A model generated the notes under the pieces. The model searched no databases. It saw only the letters and a list, made by a program, of their open reading frames with translations, and was not told where the DNA came from. The position numbers and the translations under genes are program-made. DNA of 64,000 nt from an uncultured Acidimicrobiales bacterium (lineage in GTDB: Bacteria > Actinomycetota > Acidimicrobiia > Acidimicrobiales > RAAP-2). The stretch is from the NCBI GenBank assembly GCA_963696495.1, contig CAVOKJ010000001.1, positions 155,467-219,466 of the forward strand, read 5' to 3'. Shown piece after piece: positions 12,284 through 24,470 of the stretch. Position 1 is the stretch's first letter; each line of letters begins with the position of its first letter.

Positions 12284-12952
12284 GTGGAGAGCATCCCAGA
12301 GATGCCCATTGTTGGCAACCCCGAGGGTTCGGGACGGCCCGCAAAGGGAATTTTCCCGACGGTTTCCTCACGGTGATTGGGGCCAGTCGGCGATCCTCCG
12401 ACGGTAATGGCCTTGCCGGGTATATCGGTCTTCGACGCGCGCGTGACCACCTATTGGCGGCACGGCCGGAGAAGTGGGTCGATCCATAGGGCCTCTTCCG
12501 TGCACGGTTCGGCTGTGCCCGGGGGCCTCCGGAGACCGGCCGGACGGCCCGATTCCGCAGGATTCCGCAGGAACCCGCCGGTCCTACCGCCCTGCCGGGT
12601 AGGGATGACCGACATTGATCCGGGATGGCCCGGCCGCCGGATCGGGTTCTATGGGATCTATGGATCCCCGCCCGACCGACCGGTCCAGTGCATGAGACCG
12701 GAGGCATTCCCGCCTAGTGGGCCCCGTTGGGTGTCCCCGGGTCCGCCACCAATCGGCGGTGTGCGGCGACCGTGGTGGACCACCACGGACCACCGGCACT
12801 CATCGGAGAATGAAGCGGGAATGGACCCGGAGGGCGACTATGCCGGTCGGGTCCCATTCCCGCCGGCAGACGCAATGGATTCCCGATAGACCGGCGCGAC
12901 CCCCGGCCATGGGCCGACGGCCATCCACCCCGGGACGGGTACGCTCGGACCG

Positions 12953-15266
<2,314 letters not shown>

Positions 15267-15314
15267 CCGGGTCCCGCTCCGCCGCCGCCGGGTCCACCGG
15301 GCGAGCGCCGGCCG

Positions 15315-15363
15315 ATCACAATTCCAAATAGCATTCGGTCGGTTTGGTGATTGGAATTGTGAT
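15315..15363. terminator. AT-rich perfect 13-bp inverted repeat (ATCACAATTCCAA / TTGGAATTGTGAT, 23-nt spacer) between convergent purL and the PHP gene
   Basis: Read directly from the sequence. It lies in the 159-bp convergent gap. No U-tract follows, so it is either a bidirectional I-shaped terminator or a protein-binding site. Confidence 0.45.
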
Positions 15364-15425
15364 TGCGGCCGGGAGCCCCCGACAGCTGTCCGGCATCGCC
15401 CCCGACCCACCCGCGCCGGTGCCCC

Positions 15426-16274
15426 TCAGGGCCCCGGCCGGCGTGCCTCCAGCCGGGCGAGGACCCCGTCGGGCACCTTGAGGTCGCCCCGCCCGGTGCC
15501 GACCGCCAGATCGGGCTTGGTCCTGCCGTGGTAGTCCGAACCCCCGGTCGCCACCAGGTCGAAGCGCCGGGCCAGGTTCCCCAGCTCCTGACGTTGGCGG
15601 GGCGAGTATCGCCCGTACACGGCTTCGATCCCACCGAAGCCGGCCCCGGCCAGCTCCCCGACGAGCCGGGCCAGAGCGGCACCCTCCAAACCCGTGCTGA
15701 AGGGGTGGGCGAGGACCGCCACCCCTCCCGACGCCAGCGCCAGCCGGGCCACGTCGGCGCCGGTCAGCCTGCCCTTGGGCACGTAGGCCGGACGACCGTT
15801 GGCCAGGTAGCGCTCGAATGCGTCGTCGACCGACTCGGCCGCACCGACCGCCACCAGGGCTTCGGCGAAGTGGGGACGCCCCACACCTTCCTCGGTGCCG
15901 GCGATGGCGACCACCTGGTCGTAGGTGACGGGGATCCCCAGCGCCACCAGCCGGTCGACCAGGGCGAGGTTGCGCTGGTGGCGGTCCTGTCGGAGCCGGC
16001 CGAGCTCGGTGCCGAGCGCACTCCCCTCGTCGTCCACGAAGTAGACGAGTACGTGCACGCCCCCCGAACCGACCGGGACGCACGACACTTCGCATCCCGG
16101 GACCAGCGTGACCCCCAGCTCGCCCGCCCGGCTGCGGGCCCGGTCGATCCCGGCCAGCGAGTCATGGTCGGTCAGGGCCACCGCGCTGCAGCCGGCCTCG
16201 GCGGCCAGCTCGGGGATGCGGGCGGGATCATCACTGCCGTCGGAGACGGTGGAGTGGGTGTGCAGATCGATCAC
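15426..16274 (-). CDS. PHP-domain metal-dependent phosphoesterase (TrpH/YciV-like)
   Basis: GTG 16274 gives VIDLHTHSTVSDGS...ALTDHDS...AHP...GGSDYHG, the canonical PHP His/Asp motifs. The longer ORF reaching 17645 is an antisense shadow of purF. Confidence 0.85.
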   Translation of the reverse strand: MIDLHTHSTVSDGSDDPARIPELAAEAGCSAVALTDHDSLAGIDRARSRAGELGVTLVPGCEVSCVPVGSGGVHVLVYFVDDEGSALGTELGRLRQDRHQRNLALVDRLVALGIPVTYDQVVAIAGTEEGVGRPHFAEALVAVGAAESVDDAFERYLANGRPAYVPKGRLTGADVARLALASGGVAVLAHPFSTGLEGAALARLVGELAGAGFGGIEAVYGRYSPRQRQELGNLARRFDLVATGGSDYHGRTKPDLAVGTGRGDLKVPDGVLARLEARRPGP

Positions 16275-16460
16275 TGCCGGTGAGGCTACCGGGCGTCCGT
16301 CCCGTGCCCGTGGCCCGGGGATCGGGACCGGGGATCGGGACCGGACCGGTGCACGGCGCACCGGTCCCACTAGGCTGGGTTGGCACGGTGAGGTGGATGT
16401 GTGGCCTAATCGTGGCGAAGGACATGTCCGACGACCCCCGGTGTGTGCGGTGACGAACCG

Positions 16461-17936
<1,476 letters not shown>

Positions 17937-17991
17937 GCGGACCGCCGCCACCGCCCACGACCACGCCACGCCCGACCCGAACGCCGCTGCT

Positions 17992-19188
17992 GTGACCGCC
18001 GACCCCGCCGGAGCGCCCGATCCCGCGGCAACCGACGGCGTCGCCGCCCCCACCGCCGCCCGTCCCGCCACCTATGCCGGTGCCGGGGTGGACATCGACG
18101 CCGGCGAGCGGGCCGTCGAGCTGATCAAACCCCTGGTTGCCGCCACGTCCCGTCCCGAGGTGCTCGGCGGCCTGGGCGACTTCGGCGGCCTCTTCGCCCT
18201 GGACACCGCCAGGTACCGGGAGCCGGTCCTGGTCGCCGGCACCGACGGCGTCGGCACCAAGGCGCTCGTGGCCCAGGCCAGCGGTCGGTTCGACTCCATC
18301 GGCATCGACCTGGTGGCGATGTGCGTCGACGACCTGGTGTGCCAGGGCGCCGAGCCGCTGTTCCTCCTCGACTACATCTCGACCGGGGCGGTCGATCCCG
18401 GCCAGATGGCCGATCTGGTGGCCGGTGTCGCCGAAGGATGCCGCCAGGTGGGTGCGACGCTGCTCGGCGGCGAGATGGCCGAGCATCCCGGGATCATGAA
18501 GCCGGGCGAGTTCGATCTGGTCGGCTTCGCCGTCGGCGTGGTGGAGCGATCGGAGATGCTCGGTCCGTGGCGGGTGGCCGAGGGGGACGTCCTCATCGGG
18601 CTGGGCTCGCCGGGCCTGCGGTGCAACGGGTACACGCTGGCCCGCCACGTCCTGTTGGAGCGGGCCGGGCGCACGCTCGACGGCCCGGCCTGGCCGGGAG
18701 CCGGCACCACGCTGGCTGACGAGCTGCTCCGACCCTCGGTCATCTACACCCCGGCGGTGCGGGCCGCGGTGGCGGCGACGGCGACGACGGCCGGTGCGGG
18801 AGGGTCGACAGGGCCCCGGGGGATCGGATCGGTGCACGCCGCCGCCCACATCACCGGCGGTGGGTTCGTCGGGAACGTGCCCCGTGCCCTCCCCGAGGGG
18901 ATGCGGGCGGTGATCGATCGGTCGTCCTGGGAGGTGCCGGCGGTCTTCGGCGAGATCCGCGCCCTCGGCGACGTCGACGACGACGAGATGTCCCGCGTGT
19001 TCAATCTCGGGCTCGGCATGGTCGTCATGGTCGGGGAGGAGGGGGCCGACGACGCCGTCGGTGCCCTGCGCGGCTGCGGCGTCGACGCCGGGCCGGTGGG
19101 CCGGGTGGTGGCCGGCGAGCGAGGAGTCGAGTTCACCGGCCGTCCCTTCTGGTCGGACGGCGACGGCGGCCGGGCTCCGACGACGTGA
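17992..19188 (+). CDS. purM: AIR synthetase (start uncertain; alternatives at 17908 and 17920)
   Basis: TYAGAGVDIDAGERAVELIK...GGLGDFGGLF...GTDGVGTK motifs. Confidence 0.9.
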   Translation: MTADPAGAPDPAATDGVAAPTAARPATYAGAGVDIDAGERAVELIKPLVAATSRPEVLGGLGDFGGLFALDTARYREPVLVAGTDGVGTKALVAQASGRFDSIGIDLVAMCVDDLVCQGAEPLFLLDYISTGAVDPGQMADLVAGVAEGCRQVGATLLGGEMAEHPGIMKPGEFDLVGFAVGVVERSEMLGPWRVAEGDVLIGLGSPGLRCNGYTLARHVLLERAGRTLDGPAWPGAGTTLADELLRPSVIYTPAVRAAVAATATTAGAGGSTGPRGIGSVHAAAHITGGGFVGNVPRALPEGMRAVIDRSSWEVPAVFGEIRALGDVDDDEMSRVFNLGLGMVVMVGEEGADDAVGALRGCGVDAGPVGRVVAGERGVEFTGRPFWSDGDGGRAPTT

Positions 19189-19754
19189 GCGACGAACTTC
19201 CGTCCACCCGGTTCGAGGCACTGCGGGACCACCTGTTGGCGCACTCGGTCCGGCGTGGGGACTTCACCCTCAAGTCGGGGCGCAGGAGCAGCTGGTTCAT
19301 CGACTCCAAGCAGACGGTCTGCCGACCCGAGGCGATGGAGCTGGTGGCCGACGGCGTGCTGTCGGTGATCCCCGACGATGCGACGGCCATCGGCGGCCTC
19401 ACCATGGGTGCCGATCCCGTGGCCTTCGTGACGGCCGGCGTCGGGGTGACGAGGGGCCGGATGCTCAAGGCGTTCAGCGTGCGCAAGCAGGTGAAGGACC
19501 ACGGCGGCGGCGGACGGATCGCCGGGGCCCTCGATCCGGGGGACCGGGTGGTGATCACCGAAGACACGGTGACGCGGGGGACGTCGCTATTGGAGGCGGC
19601 CCACGCGGTGATCGAGGCCGGTGCCGTGCCGGTGCTCCTGGTCGCCGTGGTGGACAGGGGCGGGACCGTCGAGGCCATGGCGGCCGCCGAGGGCCTGCCG
19701 TTCCGGGCGCTGCTGACCGCACCGGACCTGGGATTCGAATTCGAAGGTGCGTGA
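19185..19754 (+). CDS. pyrE: Orotate phosphoribosyltransferase
   Basis: GTG overlaps the purM stop (GTGA). FTLKSGRRSSWFID and the PRPP-binding loop VVITEDTVTRGTS are present. Confidence 0.85.
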   Translation: MSDELPSTRFEALRDHLLAHSVRRGDFTLKSGRRSSWFIDSKQTVCRPEAMELVADGVLSVIPDDATAIGGLTMGADPVAFVTAGVGVTRGRMLKAFSVRKQVKDHGGGGRIAGALDPGDRVVITEDTVTRGTSLLEAAHAVIEAGAVPVLLVAVVDRGGTVEAMAAAEGLPFRALLTAPDLGFEFEGA

Positions 19755-19864
19755 CCGGCATCGAGGGCACTGACCGGGACCGGTCCGACGCGCACCGCCG
19801 CCCACCCGGCTGACCGGATGGACGGCGGCGACACCCGACGCGCCGCCAAAGTGGCCGACGGGGA

Positions 19865-20665
19865 TCAGGCTCCCGGGGCGGACTGGGCGTCGCTCCGGTC
19901 CGCGGCGTCCGGCCCGTCGCCCTCCGAGGCCTCACCGTCCGTGTCACCGTCCGGCGTGTCACCCGCCGGCGTGTCACCCGATCCTTCGGCGAGTACCAGG
20001 TAGATGCGGCGCCTGGTGTCGGTCAGGATCGCACCCACCGCCCTGATCTGCTGCTCGCTCCCGGCCCGGCCCACCTGCATGATGGCCGCGCCCACCTCGC
20101 CCATGAGGCTCCGCAGATCCACGAGGGACCGGTCGGCGCTGCGGGCTGCGTCCTCCCAGGGGGCGGGCTCGTCACTCGCCTCCTCGGCCACCGCCCGCCC
20201 GGCCTCCGTCAGCCGGAAGACCCTACGGCCCTCCGACTTGTCGGCGGTCACCAACCCCTGGTCCTCCATGGCCTGGAGGGTCGGGTAGACCGAGCCCGGA
20301 CTCGGGCGCCAGGTGCCCCCGCTGCGCTCGGCGAGCTCGGTGATGATCTGGTAGCCGTGCATCGGCTCCTCGGTGAGGAGGGCCAGGATCGCCGCCCTGA
20401 CGTCACCGCGGCCCCGCTTGCGGCCCCGCCCGAACATGGGGGGACCGAAGGCCGGCCCGAACCCTCCGTGGCGCCCGAAGTCGGGACCGAACCCGTCGGG
20501 TCGTCCGCGTCCCCTCCCGCGGCCGCCGCCCCGGCTCCGCTGGGTCCCGCCGAAGCGGTCGAATCGGTCGCCCCGGCCGCCACGGTCGGGAAAGCCCGGG
20601 CCCCGCCGACCGGGATCGTCGCCGGTCGGGTCGGTGGTTGCGTTGAATCGCTTGTGTGTGTGCAT
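19865..20665 (-). CDS. PadR-family transcriptional regulator with an ~85-aa Arg/Gly/Phe-rich N-terminal extension and an acidic repeat tail
   Basis: ATG 20665 is preceded by AAGGAG at 8 nt. PadR winged-helix core: ILALLTEEPMHGYQIITELAERSGGTWRPSPGSVYPTLQAMEDQGLV. Confidence 0.85.
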   Translation of the reverse strand: MHTHKRFNATTDPTGDDPGRRGPGFPDRGGRGDRFDRFGGTQRSRGGGRGRGRGRPDGFGPDFGRHGGFGPAFGPPMFGRGRKRGRGDVRAAILALLTEEPMHGYQIITELAERSGGTWRPSPGSVYPTLQAMEDQGLVTADKSEGRRVFRLTEAGRAVAEEASDEPAPWEDAARSADRSLVDLRSLMGEVGAAIMQVGRAGSEQQIRAVGAILTDTRRRIYLVLAEGSGDTPAGDTPDGDTDGEASEGDGPDAADRSDAQSAPGA

Positions 20666-20714
20666 GAGTACATTCTCCTTGATTGTGGCGATCAGTCTTG
20701 ATCGCTCTCGTAGC

Positions 20715-20732
20715 ATAACGATATATCGTGAT
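20715..20732. promoter_or_regulatory. Candidate PadR operator: ATAACGATATATCGTGAT (perfect 12-bp core ACGATATATCGT at 20718-20729)
   Basis: AT-rich palindrome about 50-65 nt upstream of the PadR start, inside an otherwise GC-rich 121-bp gap. Confidence 0.4.
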
Positions 20733-20786
20733 AGTCCGGATGTCAAGTGCCTTCTCCGGTCGAGGTGGCCGGCGCTGTCGCCGGGC

Positions 20787-21872
20787 TCAGGTGTCGGCGC
20801 GGTAGGTGGCGACGATGGGAGCCAGCTCCACGGGGGTGGCACCGTGCATGATCACCCCGTCGCAGCCCATGGCCAGCTGGTCCCGGACGGCGGCGGCGCA
20901 CTGCCCGGGTGACCCGGTGGCGCTGGCCGCCAGCCACTCGGCCGGGAGGAGGGTGGCGATGTGCTCCAACTGGGGGGTGGTGGCGGTGGAGTCGATGCCC
21001 CCGAGGAACCCCGACACCACCGGGTCGTCACGGAACCGCTGCAGGACCGCGGGGTCCCAGCCGTTGGTGCGCACCAGGAGATCGCCGTAGCCCTGGAGAT
21101 AGGTGGCCAGGCGGCCCACCGACTTCATCAGCCGGCGCTCCTCGGGGATGTGGTCGCCGATGGTGGCGAAACAGGACCACACCTCGACCCGGTCGGGGTC
21201 CCGGCCCTCCCGTTCGGCCGCGTCCTTGACCGCGGCGACGCACCGCCTCGTCGTCTCCTCGGTGAAGAAGGTGTGCAGGATCACCTGGTCGAAGCACCGC
21301 CCTCCGAGGGCCAGGGACTCGGGACCGAACGCCACGAGGCCGAGGGGTAGCTCCTCGTCGATGGCGGCCAGATAGAGCACGGGATAGGAGCCGGCCGGGC
21401 CGTCGTGGCCGATGATCGCCTCGCCGTGGAAGAGGCGCCGCATGATGCCGGCGAAGTCCTCGAGCTGCGCGGTGGTGATCCGGGGGATCCCGTAGGTGTC
21501 CTGGATCACCGGGATGCCACGGCCCAGCCCGAGGACGAACCGCCCACCGGTCAGGCTCTGCATGGTCCGGGCCATGCCGGCGGTGATCATGGGGTGCCGG
21601 GTGTTGTGGTTGGTGGCGGCGGTGACGACGGTCATGTGCTCGCTCACCGCGCCGGCGGCGCCCGAGAGCACGCCGGCCTCCTTCTTGTCGAACCGCTCGG
21701 ACACGAAGACCGAACCGAGCCCCATGGCCTCCGCCTGCCGGACCTCGTCGACGAGCTGGCGGGAGGAGTCGGCGTGGCCGGCCAACGTGTAGAACCCGAG
21801 TTCGGGGAGGATCGGGCCGGCGGGGCCGGTCCCGGGCTCCGGGGTGCGGCCGTCGATCGGTGACTCGGGCAT
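20787..21872 (-). CDS. Luciferase-like monooxygenase (LLM) class, probably F420-dependent oxidoreductase
   Basis: LGSVFVSERF...ATNHNTRHPM...GRFVLGLGRG is typical of LLM/F420 families. Confidence 0.8.
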   Translation of the reverse strand: MPESPIDGRTPEPGTGPAGPILPELGFYTLAGHADSSRQLVDEVRQAEAMGLGSVFVSERFDKKEAGVLSGAAGAVSEHMTVVTAATNHNTRHPMITAGMARTMQSLTGGRFVLGLGRGIPVIQDTYGIPRITTAQLEDFAGIMRRLFHGEAIIGHDGPAGSYPVLYLAAIDEELPLGLVAFGPESLALGGRCFDQVILHTFFTEETTRRCVAAVKDAAEREGRDPDRVEVWSCFATIGDHIPEERRLMKSVGRLATYLQGYGDLLVRTNGWDPAVLQRFRDDPVVSGFLGGIDSTATTPQLEHIATLLPAEWLAASATGSPGQCAAAVRDQLAMGCDGVIMHGATPVELAPIVATYRADT

Positions 21873-21908
21873 CGGGGGAAGGGTAGCGGCCGGCCACCGG
21901 CCTCCGGC

Positions 21909-22151
21909 TCAGTTCTCGGCGTAGGGGACGGGATGGTCCCCGCCGAGCTCCGTGAAGCGCTCGTTGAGTGCGTGGGCCAGGACGTCGTGGTCGTGCGGGC
22001 TGGGCTCGAGGGCGCCGTAGACGAAGGCCTCCACCTGGAAGGCGCTGCTCATGCCGCCCATCTCGAAGTAGCGGAGCCAGAGCTCGCTGTGGGTGAGGCC
22101 GGCATTCACCCGGAAGGTGTCGAGGGTCACGACGGGGATGTCCTCAGCCAT
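21909..22151 (-). CDS. Small conserved-looking hypothetical protein (80 aa), translationally coupled to the upstream STAS-GAF-ANTAR gene
   Basis: ATG 22151 overlaps the upstream stop (ATGGCTGA). Translation MAEDIPVVTLDTFRVNAGLTHSELWLRYFEMGG...DVLAHALNERF. High GC3. Confidence 0.6.
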   Translation of the reverse strand: MAEDIPVVTLDTFRVNAGLTHSELWLRYFEMGGMSSAFQVEAFVYGALEPSPHDHDVLAHALNERFTELGGDHPVPYAEN

Positions 22152-23352
22152 GATCGCCGTCCTCCCCGGTCCTGCTCTCGTTCCGGGCCCCGTTGGTGCC
22201 GGCGGCGGTGCCGGTACCCGCCGTGGGTCCGCCATCGCCGGTCGGGGCGACAGGCTCCGTCCGGCCCTCCGGGCGCCGGGTGGAGTCGGTGATGTCCTGG
22301 GCCCACCGGTGGAGGGGAAGTCCGGTGCGCTGCGAGTGGAGGCGGAGCATCGTGAACGCCCTGTCCTCGGTGATGCCGGATCGCTCCATGAGGACCCCTT
22401 GGGCCTGGGCGATCACCTGACGGGTCAAGAGGGCATCCTGGAACCGCGCCGACCGCTCTTGATCGCTCAGGTTGAGGCCGGCGTCGGTCAGGATCGCCGA
22501 GGCCTCGACGGCCAGGACCGAGACCAGCGCCCGGTCCTGTGCATCGAAGGCGGCGACGGTGCGGGAGTAGATGTTGATCGATCCCACCGGCAGATCGTCG
22601 GCGGTGAGCGGCGTCGACAGGATGGCATTGATGCCGAGCGCCCTGGCCAGCGGGATGAAGCTCGGCCATCTCGTCTCGGAGCTCAAGGAGTCGACAAGGA
22701 ACCCCCGGCCTTCCACCGACGCGGCCACGCAGGGACCCTCGCCGGTGGCGTACTGGCTGGCGTCCATGTGGGAGATGGTCTGGTCGCTGGCGGCCACCGT
22801 CGCCAGCTGGCCGTGTCGCCGGAGCCCGATGCTCACGCCGTCGGCACCGTCGACCGTCGTCCGGGCCACCGCCAACACGAGGCGGAGGGCGTTGTCGATC
22901 ACGTCGTCGTTGGACGGAACGGCGGTCGCCCGTCGGAGGTCGTGAACCAGACCGTAGGCGGCGGCTCCGGCCGCCACCGGCATGGCACCGCTCCGCCCCT
23001 GGTGGGCAGCCGCCTCGCGTGTGGGCGAGCTGGCCAACTGTCCCAGCCCGTTGGCGTCGAGCAGGTGGCGCACGGCGGCCGACGGTGAGCGGACGGTCAG
23101 CCGTCCCCGGCGGTCGGACACCTGCCGGTCGGCCTCGGCGATGACCCTCATCCCCACCGACGTCATGTAGTCCAGTTCGGACAGGTCGAGGGTGACGGTG
23201 TCGTACCCGCCGGCGATGACCGCCCCGAGCAGGGCGCTGAGCCCGGGCAGGGCCAGCTCGTCGAGCACGCCACGGAGCCCGAGCACGGCGTGACTGGCGT
23301 AGAAGTCCACCGACACGGCGAAACCGCCGCTCTTGTCCGAGGCCTCGGTCAT
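22144..23352 (-). CDS. STAS (anti-sigma antagonist-like) + GAF + ANTAR three-domain RNA-binding regulator
   Basis: N-terminus: HAVLGLRGVLDELALPGLSALL...TLDLSELDYMTSVGMRVI (STAS). Middle: GAF. C-terminus: LLTRQVIAQAQGVLMERSGITEDRAFTMLRLHSQRTGLPLHRWAQDI (ANTAR). Confidence 0.8.
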   Translation of the reverse strand: MTEASDKSGGFAVSVDFYASHAVLGLRGVLDELALPGLSALLGAVIAGGYDTVTLDLSELDYMTSVGMRVIAEADRQVSDRRGRLTVRSPSAAVRHLLDANGLGQLASSPTREAAAHQGRSGAMPVAAGAAAYGLVHDLRRATAVPSNDDVIDNALRLVLAVARTTVDGADGVSIGLRRHGQLATVAASDQTISHMDASQYATGEGPCVAASVEGRGFLVDSLSSETRWPSFIPLARALGINAILSTPLTADDLPVGSINIYSRTVAAFDAQDRALVSVLAVEASAILTDAGLNLSDQERSARFQDALLTRQVIAQAQGVLMERSGITEDRAFTMLRLHSQRTGLPLHRWAQDITDSTRRPEGRTEPVAPTGDGGPTAGTGTAAGTNGARNESRTGEDGDHG

Positions 23353-23606
23353 GGCGACCGGCGATCGGCGGGGGGACGGGGCTGCCGGAGCCGCCCGTTC
23401 CCTCGAGAGGCTCGGTCGCCGGACCAGCCTCGGGGCAACGTACGGAGAGACAAGGAGAGCGTCACGGGCGTGTGTCTCCCGGAGAGCGATCCCTCACTGT
23501 CGAAGGCATTCCCATCATACCAGCCCGGTGACGGCTTCCTTCCGACAGGTTGAGCCGGTCCGTCCCCGGCGCGATGCTTTCTGGAGGACGACGAAGAGGC
23601 AATGGC

Positions 23607-24350
23607 ATGGCTGGCGAGGACACGGGTTCGATCGACTCGGATGCCGAAGCCGAGTTGGCCGCCAACATCTCGGGGACCATCAGCACCCTGTTCTCGGTGG
23701 GCGAGGTGGGTGAGACCCTGGCCCAGGTGGTCGCCCTGGCGGTGACCACCATCGAAGGCTGTGACTACGCCGGCGTCTACCTGGCCGGCACCGGGTCGGT
23801 CGCCGAGCCGGTGTGCAGCGATCCGGTGGTGTCCGGGATCGAGGCCCGCCAGCGCGACACGGGCGAGGGACCTTCGCCGGATGCCATCGCCGCCGGAGGG
23901 GCCATCTACATCAACGACCTGGGCGACGACGACCGGTGGCCCGAGTTCGGGTCGGCCTCGGCCGGGCAGGGCATCCGCAGCCTCCTCACCCTGCCCTTCG
24001 ACACGAGCGGGGGCCCCGGCGCCCTCGACCTGTTCGCCTGCTCCCCCCAGGCCTTCGGGGTGATCGACCGGGGCCGCGCCCTGCTCCTGGCCGCCATGGC
24101 GGGGGTGGCGGTGACCTCGGCCCGCACCCACGAGGACGAAAGGCGGCGGACGGCCAACCTCCATGCCGCACTGGCCACGCGTGAGGTGATCGGCCAGGCG
24201 CAGGGCATCCTGATGGAGCGGGAGCACATCACCCCCGAGCGGGCCTTCGACGTCCTGCGCCGCGCCTCGCAGCACCTCAACGTCAAGTTGCGTGACGTCG
24301 CCCGCAACCTCATCGAGACGGGCGAGAGGCCGGAGACCGGCATTACGTAG
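23607..24350 (+). CDS. GAF + ANTAR RNA-binding regulator (alternative start 23550)
   Basis: GAF core followed by LATREVIGQAQGILMEREHITPERAFDVLRRASQHLNVKLRDVARNLI (ANTAR). Divergent from the STAS-GAF-ANTAR gene. Confidence 0.8.
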   Translation: MAGEDTGSIDSDAEAELAANISGTISTLFSVGEVGETLAQVVALAVTTIEGCDYAGVYLAGTGSVAEPVCSDPVVSGIEARQRDTGEGPSPDAIAAGGAIYINDLGDDDRWPEFGSASAGQGIRSLLTLPFDTSGGPGALDLFACSPQAFGVIDRGRALLLAAMAGVAVTSARTHEDERRRTANLHAALATREVIGQAQGILMEREHITPERAFDVLRRASQHLNVKLRDVARNLIETGERPETGIT

Positions 24351-24375
24351 CCGGGGACCCTGGGCTGGGGCCCCA

Positions 24376-24451
24376 TGGTGGTCGGGACCGGCGTCGATCC
24401 GGTGACCTCACGCTTTTCAGGCGCGCGCTCTACCAACTGAGCTACCCGACC
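24376..24451 (-). tRNA. tRNA-Phe (anticodon GAA), CCA encoded
   Basis: Reverse complement GGTCGGGTAGCTCAGTTGGTAGAGCGCGCGCCTGAAAAGCGTGAGGTC...CCCGACCACCA folds as a cloverleaf with anticodon loop CUGAAAA. Confidence 0.95.
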
Positions 24452-24470
24452 TCGTCTCGGCGGACCGAGG

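Noticed and set aside
12740-12875. Possible ZTP (pfl) riboswitch upstream of purL. GGUGGACCACC-like and CCGCCGGCAG segments superficially resemble the GGUGG…CCACC helix and the CCGCCUGGGCA 3' element.
   Set aside because: The conserved GACUGGCG and CCGCCUGGGC cores, as I recall them, are not present. The resemblance is explained by GC-rich palindromes. A covariance-model scan is needed before any claim.
12284-12952. tmRNA, RNase P RNA or SRP RNA hidden in the long spacer.
   Set aside because: On neither strand did I find a GAGGAAAGUCCGG-type P4 sequence, a tRNA-like GGUUCGAAUCC…CUCCACCA end, or a GGAAGGAAGCAGC SRP motif.
19880-19985. Direct 14-15-nt repeats (CCGGCGTGTCACCC x2 and related) near the PadR 3' end.
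   Set aside because: They lie inside the coding sequence and simply encode the acidic GDTP(A/D)GDTP peptide repeat. They are not an independent DNA element.
23353-23606. ANTAR dual-hairpin RNA target in the divergent intergenic region.
   Set aside because: Only short stems were found by eye (for example GAGGCT…AGCCTC and GAGACA…TGTCTC), and their loops do not fit the hexaloop A1/G4 pattern. This is left as a computational check rather than a claim.
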